Assembly: GCA_964019335.1 (NCBI GenBank)
Contig: OZ025717.1
Coordinates: forward strand, 428,669 to 492,668
Reading direction: 5' to 3'
Length of the DNA: 64,000 bases
Source of the DNA: Diplonema japonicum
Lineage: Eukaryota; Protista; Euglenozoa: Diplonemea
Positions 43,085-54,700 of the stretch are shown here, in pieces. The notes beneath the pieces are model-generated. The model had not been told where the DNA came from. It saw only the letters and a program-made list of their open reading frames with translations, and ran no database searches. Every line of letters begins with the position of its first letter. The first letter of the stretch is position 1. A program made the position numbers and the translations under genes.

Positions 43085-44512
43085 ATGTCAGGCTTGTTAC
43101 TGAGTTCACTGGCAGCAGCACTGCTTCTCGCAACGGGGACGGAAGGAGCTGGGAAGAACTACGTGGGCGGGTACCTCCTTGTGCAGGACGTGCAGCAGCT
43201 GAAGGTGCTTGCGAGCAAGGCTGGGAGCCTCCCTGTGAACAGGATGTGGCTGTCGTTCGTGTCGCCGACGATGCTGTACGTGAACGGGTCGCGGACCCTT
43301 GTCGGGACGGGGCTGAACCTGACGGCGGCGGCGGACGGTGGGTTCGCGGAGGTGGAGCAGTACGTGAAGCAGCTGGAGGCGGGCGGGGTGGAGACCTTCC
43401 TGTCGATGGGAGGGTGGAACTACAACTGCTACCCTTACCTGTACATGCGCTACTCGGTCGGAGGCTACGGGACGAGCACCCCGAACTACTGGAAGATCCA
43501 AGAGTTCGGAGGGGGCAGCTTGAGCGGCTGCACGAAGGGGAACCAGTACTGCTACGTGTGCGAGCCTCCCTCGCAGCACACCTCTCTCGACAAGTCCTTC
43601 TCCATCTTCCCTGAGCCCTCGCACTCTGCTTCTTGGAAGGCTGCGAAGGAGTACGTGGAGGCGGGAGCGAACGGGGCGGCGACACCCCAGTGGAACGAGA
43701 ACATGATCCCCGGGCAGCAGTGGACGGACCCGAAGACAGGGATCTCGACCCTGGTTCCGGGGATGACGGCGTACCTGTCGGCAGGGAGGAACCCTTACGA
43801 GGACCTCGTGCACCTGGCGAAGGACCTGGGGTGCGCAGGGGTGGACGTCGACTACGAGGAGATGTGGCACGCCGACACCTTCAAGACGGGGACGGGGCCT
43901 TGGGACCTGCAGCAGACCGTGTACAAGTACGCGGCTATCCTGAAGAACGTGGAGGGGACGATGAGGAAGGTGGCGCCGAAGATGAAGCTGTCGACTGCGG
44001 CGGGAGCTGTGGGGGCGTGGGGAGGGAGCTGGTGGGGAGGGAACCTGAAGGGGTTGTGGTTGAAGGTGAACCAAGCCTACCCTGACCTGGTGAGCTTCAT
44101 GGCGGGAGGCCCCAGCTCTGGAGGGGTGAACGTGATGACCTACGACCTGAGCTCGAACGAGCAGTACCACGAGTGCCCGCAGCCCGGGGTGTGCCAGCTG
44201 GACCAGCAGGTGGCCTTCTACATGAACACCTACAAGGAGGTTCCCATCGCCGCCTCTGTCGGCTACGAGATCGGGACCCCCGCCTACCCGGACCCCAAGC
44301 ACGACCCCACCCACCAGCTTCCCCTCACCACCCAGATGATGGACAGCATCATCTCTCAGACCCAGTCCTCCCACGCGGGAGGGTTCTTCTGGGAGATGTA
44401 CAAGCCTGCTGAGGCGGGACAGGCGACCCCGACCCAGCTTGCCCAAGCCCTCTGCAAGAAGCTCCTCCCGGGGAGCTCCAGGTGCAGTGGTGTCATCCCT
44501 CCTTGGAAGTAG
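43085..44512 (+). CDS. Secreted GH18 chitinase-like glycoside hydrolase
   Basis: Signal peptide; FLSMGGW, GVDVDYEE (DxDxE), NVMTYD, GGFFWE motifs; intronless. Confidence 0.85.
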   Translation: MSGLLLSSLAAALLLATGTEGAGKNYVGGYLLVQDVQQLKVLASKAGSLPVNRMWLSFVSPTMLYVNGSRTLVGTGLNLTAAADGGFAEVEQYVKQLEAGGVETFLSMGGWNYNCYPYLYMRYSVGGYGTSTPNYWKIQEFGGGSLSGCTKGNQYCYVCEPPSQHTSLDKSFSIFPEPSHSASWKAAKEYVEAGANGAATPQWNENMIPGQQWTDPKTGISTLVPGMTAYLSAGRNPYEDLVHLAKDLGCAGVDVDYEEMWHADTFKTGTGPWDLQQTVYKYAAILKNVEGTMRKVAPKMKLSTAAGAVGAWGGSWWGGNLKGLWLKVNQAYPDLVSFMAGGPSSGGVNVMTYDLSSNEQYHECPQPGVCQLDQQVAFYMNTYKEVPIAASVGYEIGTPAYPDPKHDPTHQLPLTTQMMDSIISQTQSSHAGGFFWEMYKPAEAGQATPTQLAQALCKKLLPGSSRCSGVIPPWK

Positions 44513-45178
44513 AGGAGAGAGAGTGTGAATGATGTGGGGGAAGGGGACAAAAAAAAAAAGAGAGAAAACCATCGAGTATTCTTCATTCTTTTTTTTCTTT
44601 CTCCCCCCTCTTTCTTTTCTTTCCTTCTTTCTTCTTTCCCGTTTGGTGGGTGTTTGTATAGTGTGATCTTTTTCTTTATTGCGGTAAAAATGTCTCGTGT
44701 CCACCCAATTTCCCTCCCTTCCCCACTGCTTCATTCCTGCTGCCATCTCTTCCCACACAACGCAAACAGCGTTGGCCGTCCATTTACCTGGCAGTTCATC
44801 AAAAGGGGAGTGTTTTTTTTTTTTTTTTTTTGTCTCCTTTTTGTGTGCTTTATTTCTTTTCTACTTTCAACCCTTTCCCCACTCCCAGTGCTTCCCAAAG
44901 TTCAAGTGGTTAACAATGTTACAATGTCTTTTCTTTTTTATTTATTTACTTGTTCTCTCCCTCTTGGTTACAAGCAAAGAAGGAACTGCAAAACACCAAC
45001 AGCGACACGAGTCACTGTTTCGTTGTTGTTCCTCTTCTTGTTTGCATCCATTCCTTTCGTGAGGCTGTCTTCACGTAACCATCGTATTCCTTTTCTACTT
45101 TTACTTTTTTTGATTTCTTTTATTTTTCTATGCACCCGTTTCCATTGCATTCGGACTGGTCCCCTCCTGGCAAGACAA

Positions 45179-45541
45179 GTGATGACAACACTTTTATAAT
45201 TTGGCAATTTGCGTGTGAAGTCCCTCAACAGGCCTCCTGATCACATTTATTTTCTTAGAAGACGAGACTGATATCCTTTGTGCAAAAGGGGGAGACAACC
45301 ATCACTCATAAAAATTAGAATACAACCCCACATCTCTAACCCTCGACCGAATCTTTGGATGGGAGGCACCCTTTGTCACCGTGGTGCACAGCTCCCCGCT
45401 GATCGGCTCGTAAAGCAAGTCAACAGAGGGGTGGGGGGGGTCAAACCCCCCTTTCCCTTTGCTGCGGTACATATATTCTATCCCTGCCTCGATGCTTAAA
45501 AGGCTCTTACGTGGTATGGGACAACCATGTGTCATACATTT
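45179..45541 (+). ncRNA. Partial snoRNA cluster copy: 93-nt C/D (45179-45271) + U17/snR30-like (45340-45541)
   Basis: Near-identical to 42354-42698 within the RNAs, spacer diverged. Confidence 0.85.
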
Positions 45542-45629
45542 TGTTTCTTCCTTTTCAATTCCAGTATTGCGAATTGAGAATTAACAAAAGCTTTACTGTA
45601 TTCCACTTCACACAGACTTAAAAGTCAAG

Positions 45630-46031
45630 ATGCAAGTTGGAATTGGGTTCAACAGGCTCACGCTGGTCGAGCAGAGGAGGGTGCTTGAAGGGGGTGTTCT
45701 GCAAGGGAACTCAAAGGCAACAGATCGGCTTTATGACAAATACATAGCAAACCTGGGGAGGGGGGGGAAAAGGGAACGGGAGGCACGTGATGCCCCTAAG
45801 CAACCACCTAGGTACCCTTCTCTCCAAGCACGTGAGGTGGAGCCAGAGCCCCTTCCCGAGGCCCCCATTGTCCCTCTGACGCCTGCTGAAAAAGGTTTCC
45901 CTTACACTTTTAACACGCATCAAATGAGGGCTATAAAAACACCTTCAACAGGGCTTGCCCATGGACAAGCCACATGGCCGTTCCCAGTAGATGGACGAGA
46001 CTCCCATCACTCTCTGGCATGGGTGTGGTGA
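45630..46031 (+). CDS. Hypothetical protein
   Basis: 133-aa ORF of normal composition between homopolymer-rich spacers; no recognisable motif. Confidence 0.45.
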   Translation: MQVGIGFNRLTLVEQRRVLEGGVLQGNSKATDRLYDKYIANLGRGGKREREARDAPKQPPRYPSLQAREVEPEPLPEAPIVPLTPAEKGFPYTFNTHQMRAIKTPSTGLAHGQATWPFPVDGRDSHHSLAWVW

Positions 46032-46058
46032 TGGTGAAAATTGTATTTTGTTGTGTAC

Positions 46059-46097
<39 letters not shown>

Positions 46098-46376
46098 CTT
46101 TATGACTATATGTCTTTGTTGTTCGCACGAGCAAAAAAGATTTTTAAAAAGCTGCGAAAGTTTTTTGCTCGGCACAAGTTGCATATAGTTATAAAATCAT
46201 TTTTTGAAAGATAAATATTTGTAACAAAAAAAAAAAAAAAAGAACTTTTCTTTTTTCCCTTTCCATTTTATCAACACACGCAAAGGGAGAGAGAGAGAAA
46301 AAAACACAAAAAGAGGAAAGAAGAAGGGGGAAAAAAAAAGAGAAAAAAAAAAGAAAAAGAGGGAGAACAGATAAAA

Positions 46377-48284
46377 ATGGCGACCAGATCGCACCCGCTG
46401 CAGTTTAAATGGAATTATTGGTTCTTCAAAGGAATGCCCACAGACGAGGAGAAGAAGAGGTACGGTGAGGTCGAGGCCTATAGAAATTGCCACATAAAAA
46501 TCGACCACGAGATTGGCACAGTGCAGGTGTGTTACTTTCCCTCCCCGTTTTTAAACCCTCGACCGAATCTTTGGATGGGAGGCACCCTTTGTCACCGTGG
46601 TGCACAGCTCCCCGCTGATCGGCTCGTAAAGCAAGTCAACAGAGGGGTGGGGGGGGTCAAACCTCCTTTCCCTTTGCTGCGGTACATATATTCTATCCCT
46701 GCCTCGATGCTTAAAAGGCTCTTACGTGGCATGGGACAACCATGTGTCATACATTTTTTAAAATCAAATTTACTGCTTCCATGGTATCAAAGAACCTTGG
46801 AAAATGAATAGCATTTCTCGAGCCACATCATGCCTTAGCCTGACTGAGCCCACTGTGCACTGATCGGTCACCGATGATGGCGAGAGCTGCTTATTTTTCA
46901 TCCATTTTCACAGTTGTTCCAAAGCCCCGTTGTACTGAAGACGAGGTTTGCGAAAAGGAGGACAGAAAGCGTTTGATTGCCATTCTAGTGGATGGCACTT
47001 TTAGCTGAGTCTTTTGCACCCAACAGGACCATGGGGTGCTTCCCTGTAGCACACATCATTAGGATTCGTTGGAAAGATTTAACATTACTCTAGTGGTACT
47101 CTCGAGCCACATCATGCCTTAGCCTGACTGAGCCCACTGTGCACTGATCTGTCACCGATGATGGCGAGACCTGCTTTTTCCCGTCCCACAAGAAGAAGAA
47201 AGGAAAGCACTGCTTGGTTTCTCATCAGAGTTGATTGGTACTTTCCTGAGGCTATCCTCTTTGCGAGAAAAAGAAAAATATGTGCCCTTGTGTTGTGCCG
47301 TAAAGACAAATGATGACAACACTTTTATAATTTGGCAATTTGCGTGTGAAGTCCCTCAACAGGCCTCCTGATCACATTTATTTTCTTAGAAGACGAGACT
47401 GATATCCTTTGTGCAAAAAGGGGAGTTGAGGTAGCAGGGCGTCCAACCGGACCGTGGGGTGCCTCCTAAGTGGCACACACCACTAGGAATTGTTGGGCAG
47501 ATGAGAAGAAGAAGAAGAAGAAGAAGAAGAGAAAGGATGGAACAAAGTAAGGACACGACGAGTTACTTTGGCGGGAGAGTGCTGCCTGTGCAGTCCCTCG
47601 TCACGCCCTTGTCGCAGAGGTGCTGTGCTTGCGGGAGAAGTCCTTGTTGACAGGAAGAAGTAGTTGAGAAGCCACCCAACAGGACCATGGGGTGCTTCCC
47701 TGTAGCACACACCATTAGGATTCGTTGGGAAGATTTGATGATTCCAACCAGTGATTGTTTTTTTTTTGAGCCACATCATGCCTTAGCCTGACTGAGCCCA
47801 CTGTGCACTGATCGGTCACCGATGATGGCGAGACCTGCTTCCTGGTGTCATCCATTGTTCTTGGAAAGAAAGACGAATGATGACAACACTTTTATAATTT
47901 GGCAATTTGCGTGTGAAGTCCCTCAACAGGCCTCCTGATCACATTTATATTCTTAGAAGACGAGACTGATATCCTTTGTGCAAAAGGGGGAGACAATCAT
48001 CACAAAATTACAAATCAAACCCTCGACCGAATCTTTGGATGGGAGGCACCCTTTGTCACCGTGGTGCACAGCTCCCCGCTGATCGGCTCGTAAAGCAAGT
48101 CAACAGAGGGGTGGGGGGGGTCAAACCCCCCTTTCCCTTTGCTGCGGTACATATATTCTATCCCTGCCTCGATGCTTAAAAGGCTCTTACGTGGCATGGG
48201 ACAACCATGTGTCATACATTTAAAGTTTTTGTTTTCAATTCCGACAATTTGGGGAAAATAAGAAAATATAAAAAAAACAAAAAG

Positions 48285-48325
<41 letters not shown>

Positions 48326-48560
48326 AGGATTTCTGGGTGTGCTTCATGGAGTTGCCGAAGCCCAGCGGGATAGCAGCGAGAGAGGAAAATAAACAGGTAT
48401 GGTACATCGTTCTTAGAAAGGACAACACAAAAAATCTCCTTTCCTTGCAGGGGTTTATTCTATGCAGAAGTGGTGTGAGGCCAGAATGGGAAGATGCAGA
48501 GCTCAAACAAGGGGGGGTGTGGACATGGATTGTGGACACACCATCGAAAGTGTATGCATT

Positions 48561-48600
<40 letters not shown>

Positions 48601-48915
48601 TTATTTCTTTCCAGTGACGATTTTTGGAAATATTTGCTGATGGCTGCCATTGGACAACAGTTCACTACCGCTAACCTTGAGGAGGATGAGATCGTTGCCG
48701 TCCAGAACGAGCTCCACAGCAAAAAGACAAGAATCAAAATCTGGCATAAGCGAGCTGAGAAAAAGGATGCTATCAGGGACAGGTACATTTTTTTAAAAAG
48801 TTTTTTTACACTTATTCATCACACTCGCAGGTTAAAAGAATTGTGTGAAAAGAGACTGGACGAGCCGACACTATGGGTTGATAGCGCTTGCTTCCATAAG
48901 AAAATAGAAAAATAG
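46377..48915 (+). CDS. EIF4E: Translation initiation factor eIF4E-family protein (5 exons; snoRNA host gene)
   Basis: Exons 46377-46526, 48328-48396, 48451-48551, 48615-48782, 48831-48915 give HPLQFKWNYW...TVQ|DFW...GVRPEWED...GGVW...WKYLLMAAIG...RIKIW. Confidence 0.9.
46556..48221 (+). ncRNA. Intronic polycistronic snoRNA cluster (2x U17/snR30-like at 46556-46756 and 48020-48221, 2x C/D, 7 AGA-box hairpins)
   Basis: Lies within intron 46527-48327; 47209-48221 duplicates 41682-42698. Confidence 0.85.
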
Positions 48916-49823
48916 AAAGAAAAAAAAATTCTATTCTTTCTCTCTTTCTCTCGCTTGGCCCTACACTTCTTCTGTCTCTCCCAATCTGCCCATTTTTTCG
49001 TTCCCCTGTTTTTTTTAAAGCAATTTGTAGGGGAGAGGGATGGGAGGGGAGGGAGGGGAGGGGAGCGGGGGAGAGTAAGTAAAATCTGTTGGCGCGAAAG
49101 TGTAGTCTTTCTTTCTTTTTTTTTTCCTTCCACCTCCGCTTCTTCTCTGCTCGCTTAGCTGCTGCTGTCTTGTTGGGGCTACAGTATCCTGCAAAAGAAA
49201 GTTACTTAGGGGTGTAGTCCCCACCCCTTCTTTTTTTTATCCATCCTTCCCGCCCTCCTTGAGGCTAGTGTTTTTTAAAAGAAAAAAAAAGAAAGGGTAA
49301 AAAAATAATCCTAAACACGTTAAAAAAAATTAGATTTTGCAAAACAGCAAGGAAAATAAAAAAAAATAAAAATAAAAAGTAAAGAAAAAAATGCAAGAAG
49401 GGGGGGGGGAGGAAACCACCCCCCCCCCCCCCCCCCACCACCACCAATGTACCCCACCAATCTTTTACCGATAACCCCCCCCTAGAATATTTTAAAAAGA
49501 ACGAAGAATAAAAAGTAACACACAAAAAAAAGGAAAATGGGAAACACGGGGAGGGTATGATTTTTAGTTTTTTTTTCTACATCCAAGAAAGAAAAGATAG
49601 TGTGTTTTTTATTTTTCTTTTTTTTTCTTCTTTGGTTTCCACCCTCACTTCTTTCTTTTTTTTGTTTTTGTTTTAGCAAAAGATTTAAAAAAAAAAAACC
49701 CCCCCTCCTCACTTCTTCTGGTCCGTTCGGTTTATATTTCTTTTTTTTTTTTTAAAGTGGCCTACTTTCTTACAAAGCAACAAAAAAAACAAAAAAAAAA
49801 CAGCACTACACAAAAAAAAAAAA

Positions 49824-50705
49824 ATGTCTCTCATAGGAAGAATTGGCCTCCCGTTCAACAAGGGGGCAGTGGAGAGAGCAACACTGAACGACCCGGAACC
49901 CCCACCAGCCTATTTACAAAAGGAAATCGTGTCAAGCAGCTATCTATCCATGGTGGAAATCCACAAGACAGTGGGAGAGCTAGTGAAGAAAGTCCTCGAC
50001 GGTGGCGTGCACACCAAGTACAAAGCATTGAAAATACTCCTCGCGGGATGCAAGGAAGGACATTTAAACTTCAGGCTGGAAGTGCGAGAGGTCGCAATGG
50101 CCGCAATTCGAAAATGTGGAGTATGGGAAGGGGAACAGGACTTGATACACGGGGACTTCTACAACGAACGGGTGAGAGGAACAGCTAACGAACTCATGCT
50201 CGTCACACTTAGCGACGCTGGTTTTGAACAAGGCAAGATATCTGAACAATGCCGAATAACAGGCTACGGTACCTCTAGTGAAGAAGCAGAGAAGCCGGCA
50301 ACACTGTCGTCCTGGGTTGGTTCTGGGGTGTCGTGGGCTCTGTCATGGGTGAACGTGGAGCTGCCGGAACCCACCCCGCCCGAACCCGTTCACCGTCAGC
50401 TTGTCGATGTGCCTGCAACGGAAACCCTGTTCACACCCCCAGAGATTTTACCACCACCGCCCAAAAGACCCCCTCAGAAACTAAAGGACGAGGTTCTTTC
50501 TTTGTCCGATCCGTCGGTTCTCTGTTTTTCTCATCCTTGGCAGGTGCGGTTAGAGTATTTAAAGGAACTTTCCAGACCCAGAAACGAAGCGATTTTACGA
50601 AAACTCGCCCAAAACCCCGTCTTCACAGCGTTGTTGGAACACCAACAAAACTCGGCGCAAAAATCCGTGAAAATCGCCGCGGCAAAAGTAAGAAAGAAAG
50701 TATAG
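49824..50705 (+). CDS. ENTH/VHS-like protein, tepsin (AP-4 accessory)-like
   Basis: VERATLNDPEPPPAYLQKEI...TKYKALKIL...VRGTANEL...ITGYGT. Confidence 0.7.
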   Translation: MSLIGRIGLPFNKGAVERATLNDPEPPPAYLQKEIVSSSYLSMVEIHKTVGELVKKVLDGGVHTKYKALKILLAGCKEGHLNFRLEVREVAMAAIRKCGVWEGEQDLIHGDFYNERVRGTANELMLVTLSDAGFEQGKISEQCRITGYGTSSEEAEKPATLSSWVGSGVSWALSWVNVELPEPTPPEPVHRQLVDVPATETLFTPPEILPPPPKRPPQKLKDEVLSLSDPSVLCFSHPWQVRLEYLKELSRPRNEAILRKLAQNPVFTALLEHQQNSAQKSVKIAAAKVRKKV

Positions 50706-50796
50706 AACGAAAGGGGGGGGGATCTTCCCCCCCCTTTTTTTTCAAAAAAGTATCTGTTCTCCCCTGTTACTCCAATCCAGTCATCACAGTGCCTCA

Positions 50797-51618
50797 ATGC
50801 CATGTAAGTCGGACGAGTCACGTCCACTTTGGACCTTCATACCCGTGTTCTTCGTGGGCGGGCTGCAAATATGGGTGGTGGCGAGCTATGTGCTCTTCGC
50901 GAACACAAGCCACATAAATAACATGGTTGTTGTGTTCTGTTCCACTATAGGGTTGGTGAGCATGACCCGAGCTGTGATGACGGACCCTGGGCATGTCCCT
51001 GTGTCATGGGGGTTGACAACCGCGAATAAGGCGGATATACGGACGTTGGAGAAAAAAACGAATAAGGAGCTCCGGGTGTGTAGGAGGTGCCAGGTGTTCA
51101 AGCCCGATAGGTCGCACCACTGTTCATCGTGCGACAGGTGCGTTTTGAAGATGGACCACCACTGCCCCTGGTTGAACAATTGTGTCGGCTTTCAGAATCA
51201 TAAATTTTTCCTTCTCTTTGTGTTTTACACTGCTGTGGGGGCTGGTTATGTCATCTCCACAGGTAGCACTGTGTTCATGGCTTCCTTCACACTTCTCTCC
51301 GCCCCTGGTGGTGGGTTTGAAAACATAGCCTCTGCCACCAACTACATCTTCTCATATTGCACGGCCTTCCTCTTTGCCTGTGCCTTGACACCCTTCCTCA
51401 CCTTTCACATCCGTTTGATCACACAGAACACAACGACCATCGAATTCATGGAAAAGGCTGAGAAAATTCGTCGTCTAGGGAGGGGTGCTAACATTTACGA
51501 CCTTGGCACTGTGGAGAACGTGGTGATGATCTTTGGGAGAAAACCTGCTCTTTGGCTGTTCCCAGTGGCAAGCACCTTGGGGAACGGGGTAAACTGGCCA
51601 ACGTCTTCTTACGTATAA
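50797..51618 (+). CDS. DHHC palmitoyltransferase
   Basis: TDPG, KPDRSHHC...KMDHHCPWLNNCVG, NTTTIE. Confidence 0.95.
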   Translation: MPCKSDESRPLWTFIPVFFVGGLQIWVVASYVLFANTSHINNMVVVFCSTIGLVSMTRAVMTDPGHVPVSWGLTTANKADIRTLEKKTNKELRVCRRCQVFKPDRSHHCSSCDRCVLKMDHHCPWLNNCVGFQNHKFFLLFVFYTAVGAGYVISTGSTVFMASFTLLSAPGGGFENIASATNYIFSYCTAFLFACALTPFLTFHIRLITQNTTTIEFMEKAEKIRRLGRGANIYDLGTVENVVMIFGRKPALWLFPVASTLGNGVNWPTSSYV

Positions 51619-51797
51619 TCTCGGGGTTTGCGGGGGGTTTTTTTTTTTATTTCATTTTTTATTTTTTTATTTTTACACTTCAGAGTTTTTTTTTTCCCCC
51701 CCTGTTTTTTTTTAAAATATCGTAGTGGGTATTCCAAAAATTAAAAAAAAAAGGCGGGGTAGAGAAAAAAAAGGAAGAAAAAAAAAAAAAAGAGAAC

Positions 51798-54700
51798 ATG
51801 GAAGACCCGCTCCTCCAAAAGGAGGAGCCGACCCCTGAGGAAGCTGCAGGGTTCTGGGCGCGGCTGACCTTCACATTCGTGACGCCTGTTTTAATTCGAG
51901 GATATGAAGAACCTATGCAAGGACATCACTTGCCGAGAATCCATCGGAGATTCTCTGCGGGAAATGTGTTCAAGAGGTGGAGCAGGATCTGGGACGAAGA
52001 GAAAATGAAGGCCCGGCCCAGTCTGGTCAGAGCGTTGATCAAATGCTACATTTGGAGGTTTCAATTCAGTGTGGCGATGGAGCTTATCGAATTGATTTTC
52101 AACTTCTTCGGACCGATTCTGATGCAGTCCATGATCACGTACACATCTCAAGCACATCGTGAAATCTCTGAAGGGTTGACATATGTCTCCATTATGTTTG
52201 TATCATCACTGTTTCGTGCATTGTCGGCGACACAAACAGGACAGGTCCTAGCAGGAATTGGAATGGATGTCCAGACCGCAATGGTATCGTCAATTTACAA
52301 CAAATCTGTTCGCAGCAGCAGTAGGGGGAAGTACACAAGAGGTGAAATTATCAACATCCAGTCAAATGACGCTTTGAAGATCGCGAATACTTCTATGTCT
52401 CTAAACAGCATCTGGGCCACCCCCGCAAACTTAATCATCGCCATCGTTCTCCTCTTACGTACCATCGGCCCTGCTGCCTTCGCCGGTATGGCTGTTCTAC
52501 TCGCGTCGATCCCTTTCAACACCGTTGTGTACTGGGCATTGGCGTCCATTCGTATTGAACTTCTCTCATTGACGGACAGACGGGTCACTCTTATGAACGA
52601 GATGTTGCAGGGGATCAGGGTTGTGAAGTTTACATGTCTCGAGGAGCATTTCAAGAACAAGATTTTGGACGTTCGTCGACAGGAGCTTATTCTGCTCAAA
52701 AAACAAGCCTATTGGCACTCGATGGCCTCTGTTGTCCTGTTCATCATCCCCATCCTCGTCTCCGTCTCAACTTTCGTTACCTATGCCAGCATGGGATACA
52801 TCCTAACCCCAGCCATCATCTTCACCTCTGTTGCGCTGTTCAACAATCTCAGAGGCCCGCTCTCCTTCCTTCCTGTTCTTATTGCTTCTTTCGCCGAGGC
52901 GAAGGCGTCAGTCCGCCGTCTTGAGAAGTATCTCCTCCTCCCCGAGATCATCACCGACAAAGATCTCAAGGACCCCTCAAAGGCAGAGTTGGTCATCTAT
53001 CTCAAAAGTGCGTCCTTCCGCTGGGAAGAGGAAGGCGAGGTTGTTCTTCATGACATCGACATGGAGGTTAAGCGGGGCGAGCTCGTCATGGTGATCGGGA
53101 AGGTGGGGAGCGGTAAGTCGTCACTTGCTTGCGCCATTCTCGGCGAGGTCGAGAAAACGGGAGGAACCCTGCACACGGTTGGCAACATGGGGTACTGCCA
53201 ACAACAAGCGTGGATCGTGAACGCGACTGTGAAAGAGAATATTCTATTCGGCAGCACATTTTTCGAACAAGAGTACAAGAACACCCTTCATGTATGCGCC
53301 CTGGAACGTGACATGACCCTCCTCGCGGCAGGCGACCAGACGGAGTTAGGTGAGCAAGGGATCAACCTCTCTGGTGGGCAGAAGCAGCGTATCTCGCTGG
53401 CACGTGCTGTGTACCACAACGCAGATGTGGTGGTGTTGGACGATGTGCTGTCTGCGGTTGATCCTCAGGTGGGGAAGCACATCTTCGACAAATGCATCTG
53501 CGGGACTCTAGGGTCAAAAACAAGAGTACTCGTTACTCACCAGCTGCAGTACCTCTCGCAGGCTGACCGCATCATTGTGCTCGACGAAGGGCGCATAGTG
53601 TTCAACGGCGGGTACAGAGACATCGTGGACAGCGCCATCAACATCTCGGAGTTTATCAAAGATGCCTCTCTTGAAAACGAGGAAGAGGAGGGCAACGCCG
53701 ACGAGCCGCCGCCCACAGAGCAGCCTACCATCGAGACTGACGATGTCGTCGAGACCAGTGCACAGCAGTACCAAGCTGAAGAAGGCAAACTGGTGAACGA
53801 GGAAGACCGTGCTACAGGTGCTGTCGGCCTTGAGACCGTCTGGTGGTACACAAAAGCCTGTGGGCCAGTGTTGTTGTTCTTCTTCCTGTTCCTTATTTTC
53901 TCCGAGTTCTGCAGGATCAGCACCGATCTGTGGCTCAGTTATTGGAGTGATCAGAAATTCTGGCCCGATCCTGGTGTGTCGCTGTACCTAGGTGTGTACA
54001 TCATATTGGGTTTCGTATCATCGCTGTTCTCCCTTCTGAAGGGGCTTGCGCTGGTGGAGTCAGCATTCTACAGCTCTGTACGTCTGCACAACCAGATGCT
54101 GGGAAATGTGTTGCGGGCGCAGACGATGTTTTACGACCAGACACCTGCAGGAAGGGTGCTGAACAGGTTCTCGAGGGATCTGGACACGCTGGATGCAGGT
54201 ATCGCAGACCAGCTTGCTGGGATCGTGTCGCTAGTGTTCGTCTCGGTGTCGACAGTGACGGTGATATCCGGTGTGATGCCCATCCTGATCACGTTTTTCG
54301 TGCCGCTGTCATCTGTGTACTACGTCATCATGCAGTACTACCGTGCCACCAGCAGAGAGCTGAACCGCGTGGTGGCCATCGCTGCGAGTCCCATCTATTC
54401 TCACTTCGCAGAGAGTCTCAACGGTGTGATCACCATCCGCTCCTACGGCCTTGTCGAGAAGTTTATCGCTGAGAACGAAGAGTACCTCGACAAGTTCCAC
54501 GGTCCGTACTGGGCCGCCCTGAATGTCGGTAGGTGGCTGTCCATCCGACTTGAGTTCATCGGTGGTGCAGTGTTGTTCATGACCAGCGTCATGGTTGTCC
54601 TCAACACACAGCTCCCTCCAGGGTTGGTCGGGCTGACCCTCTCATACAGTATGCAGATCACCATGGTCCTCGAAATGGCGGTGACCAGCATCTCTGGTCT

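Noticed and set aside
43106-44758. 550-aa minus-strand ORF
   Set aside because: Antisense shadow of the GC3-biased GH18 gene; begins in homopolymer spacer; no motifs
41601-48790. Repeated short ORFs (MCKRGRQ..., MPPKWHT..., MTHGCP..., MRDFTRK...) as a protein family
   Set aside because: They are translations of duplicated snoRNA modules, with frames and ends differing between copies
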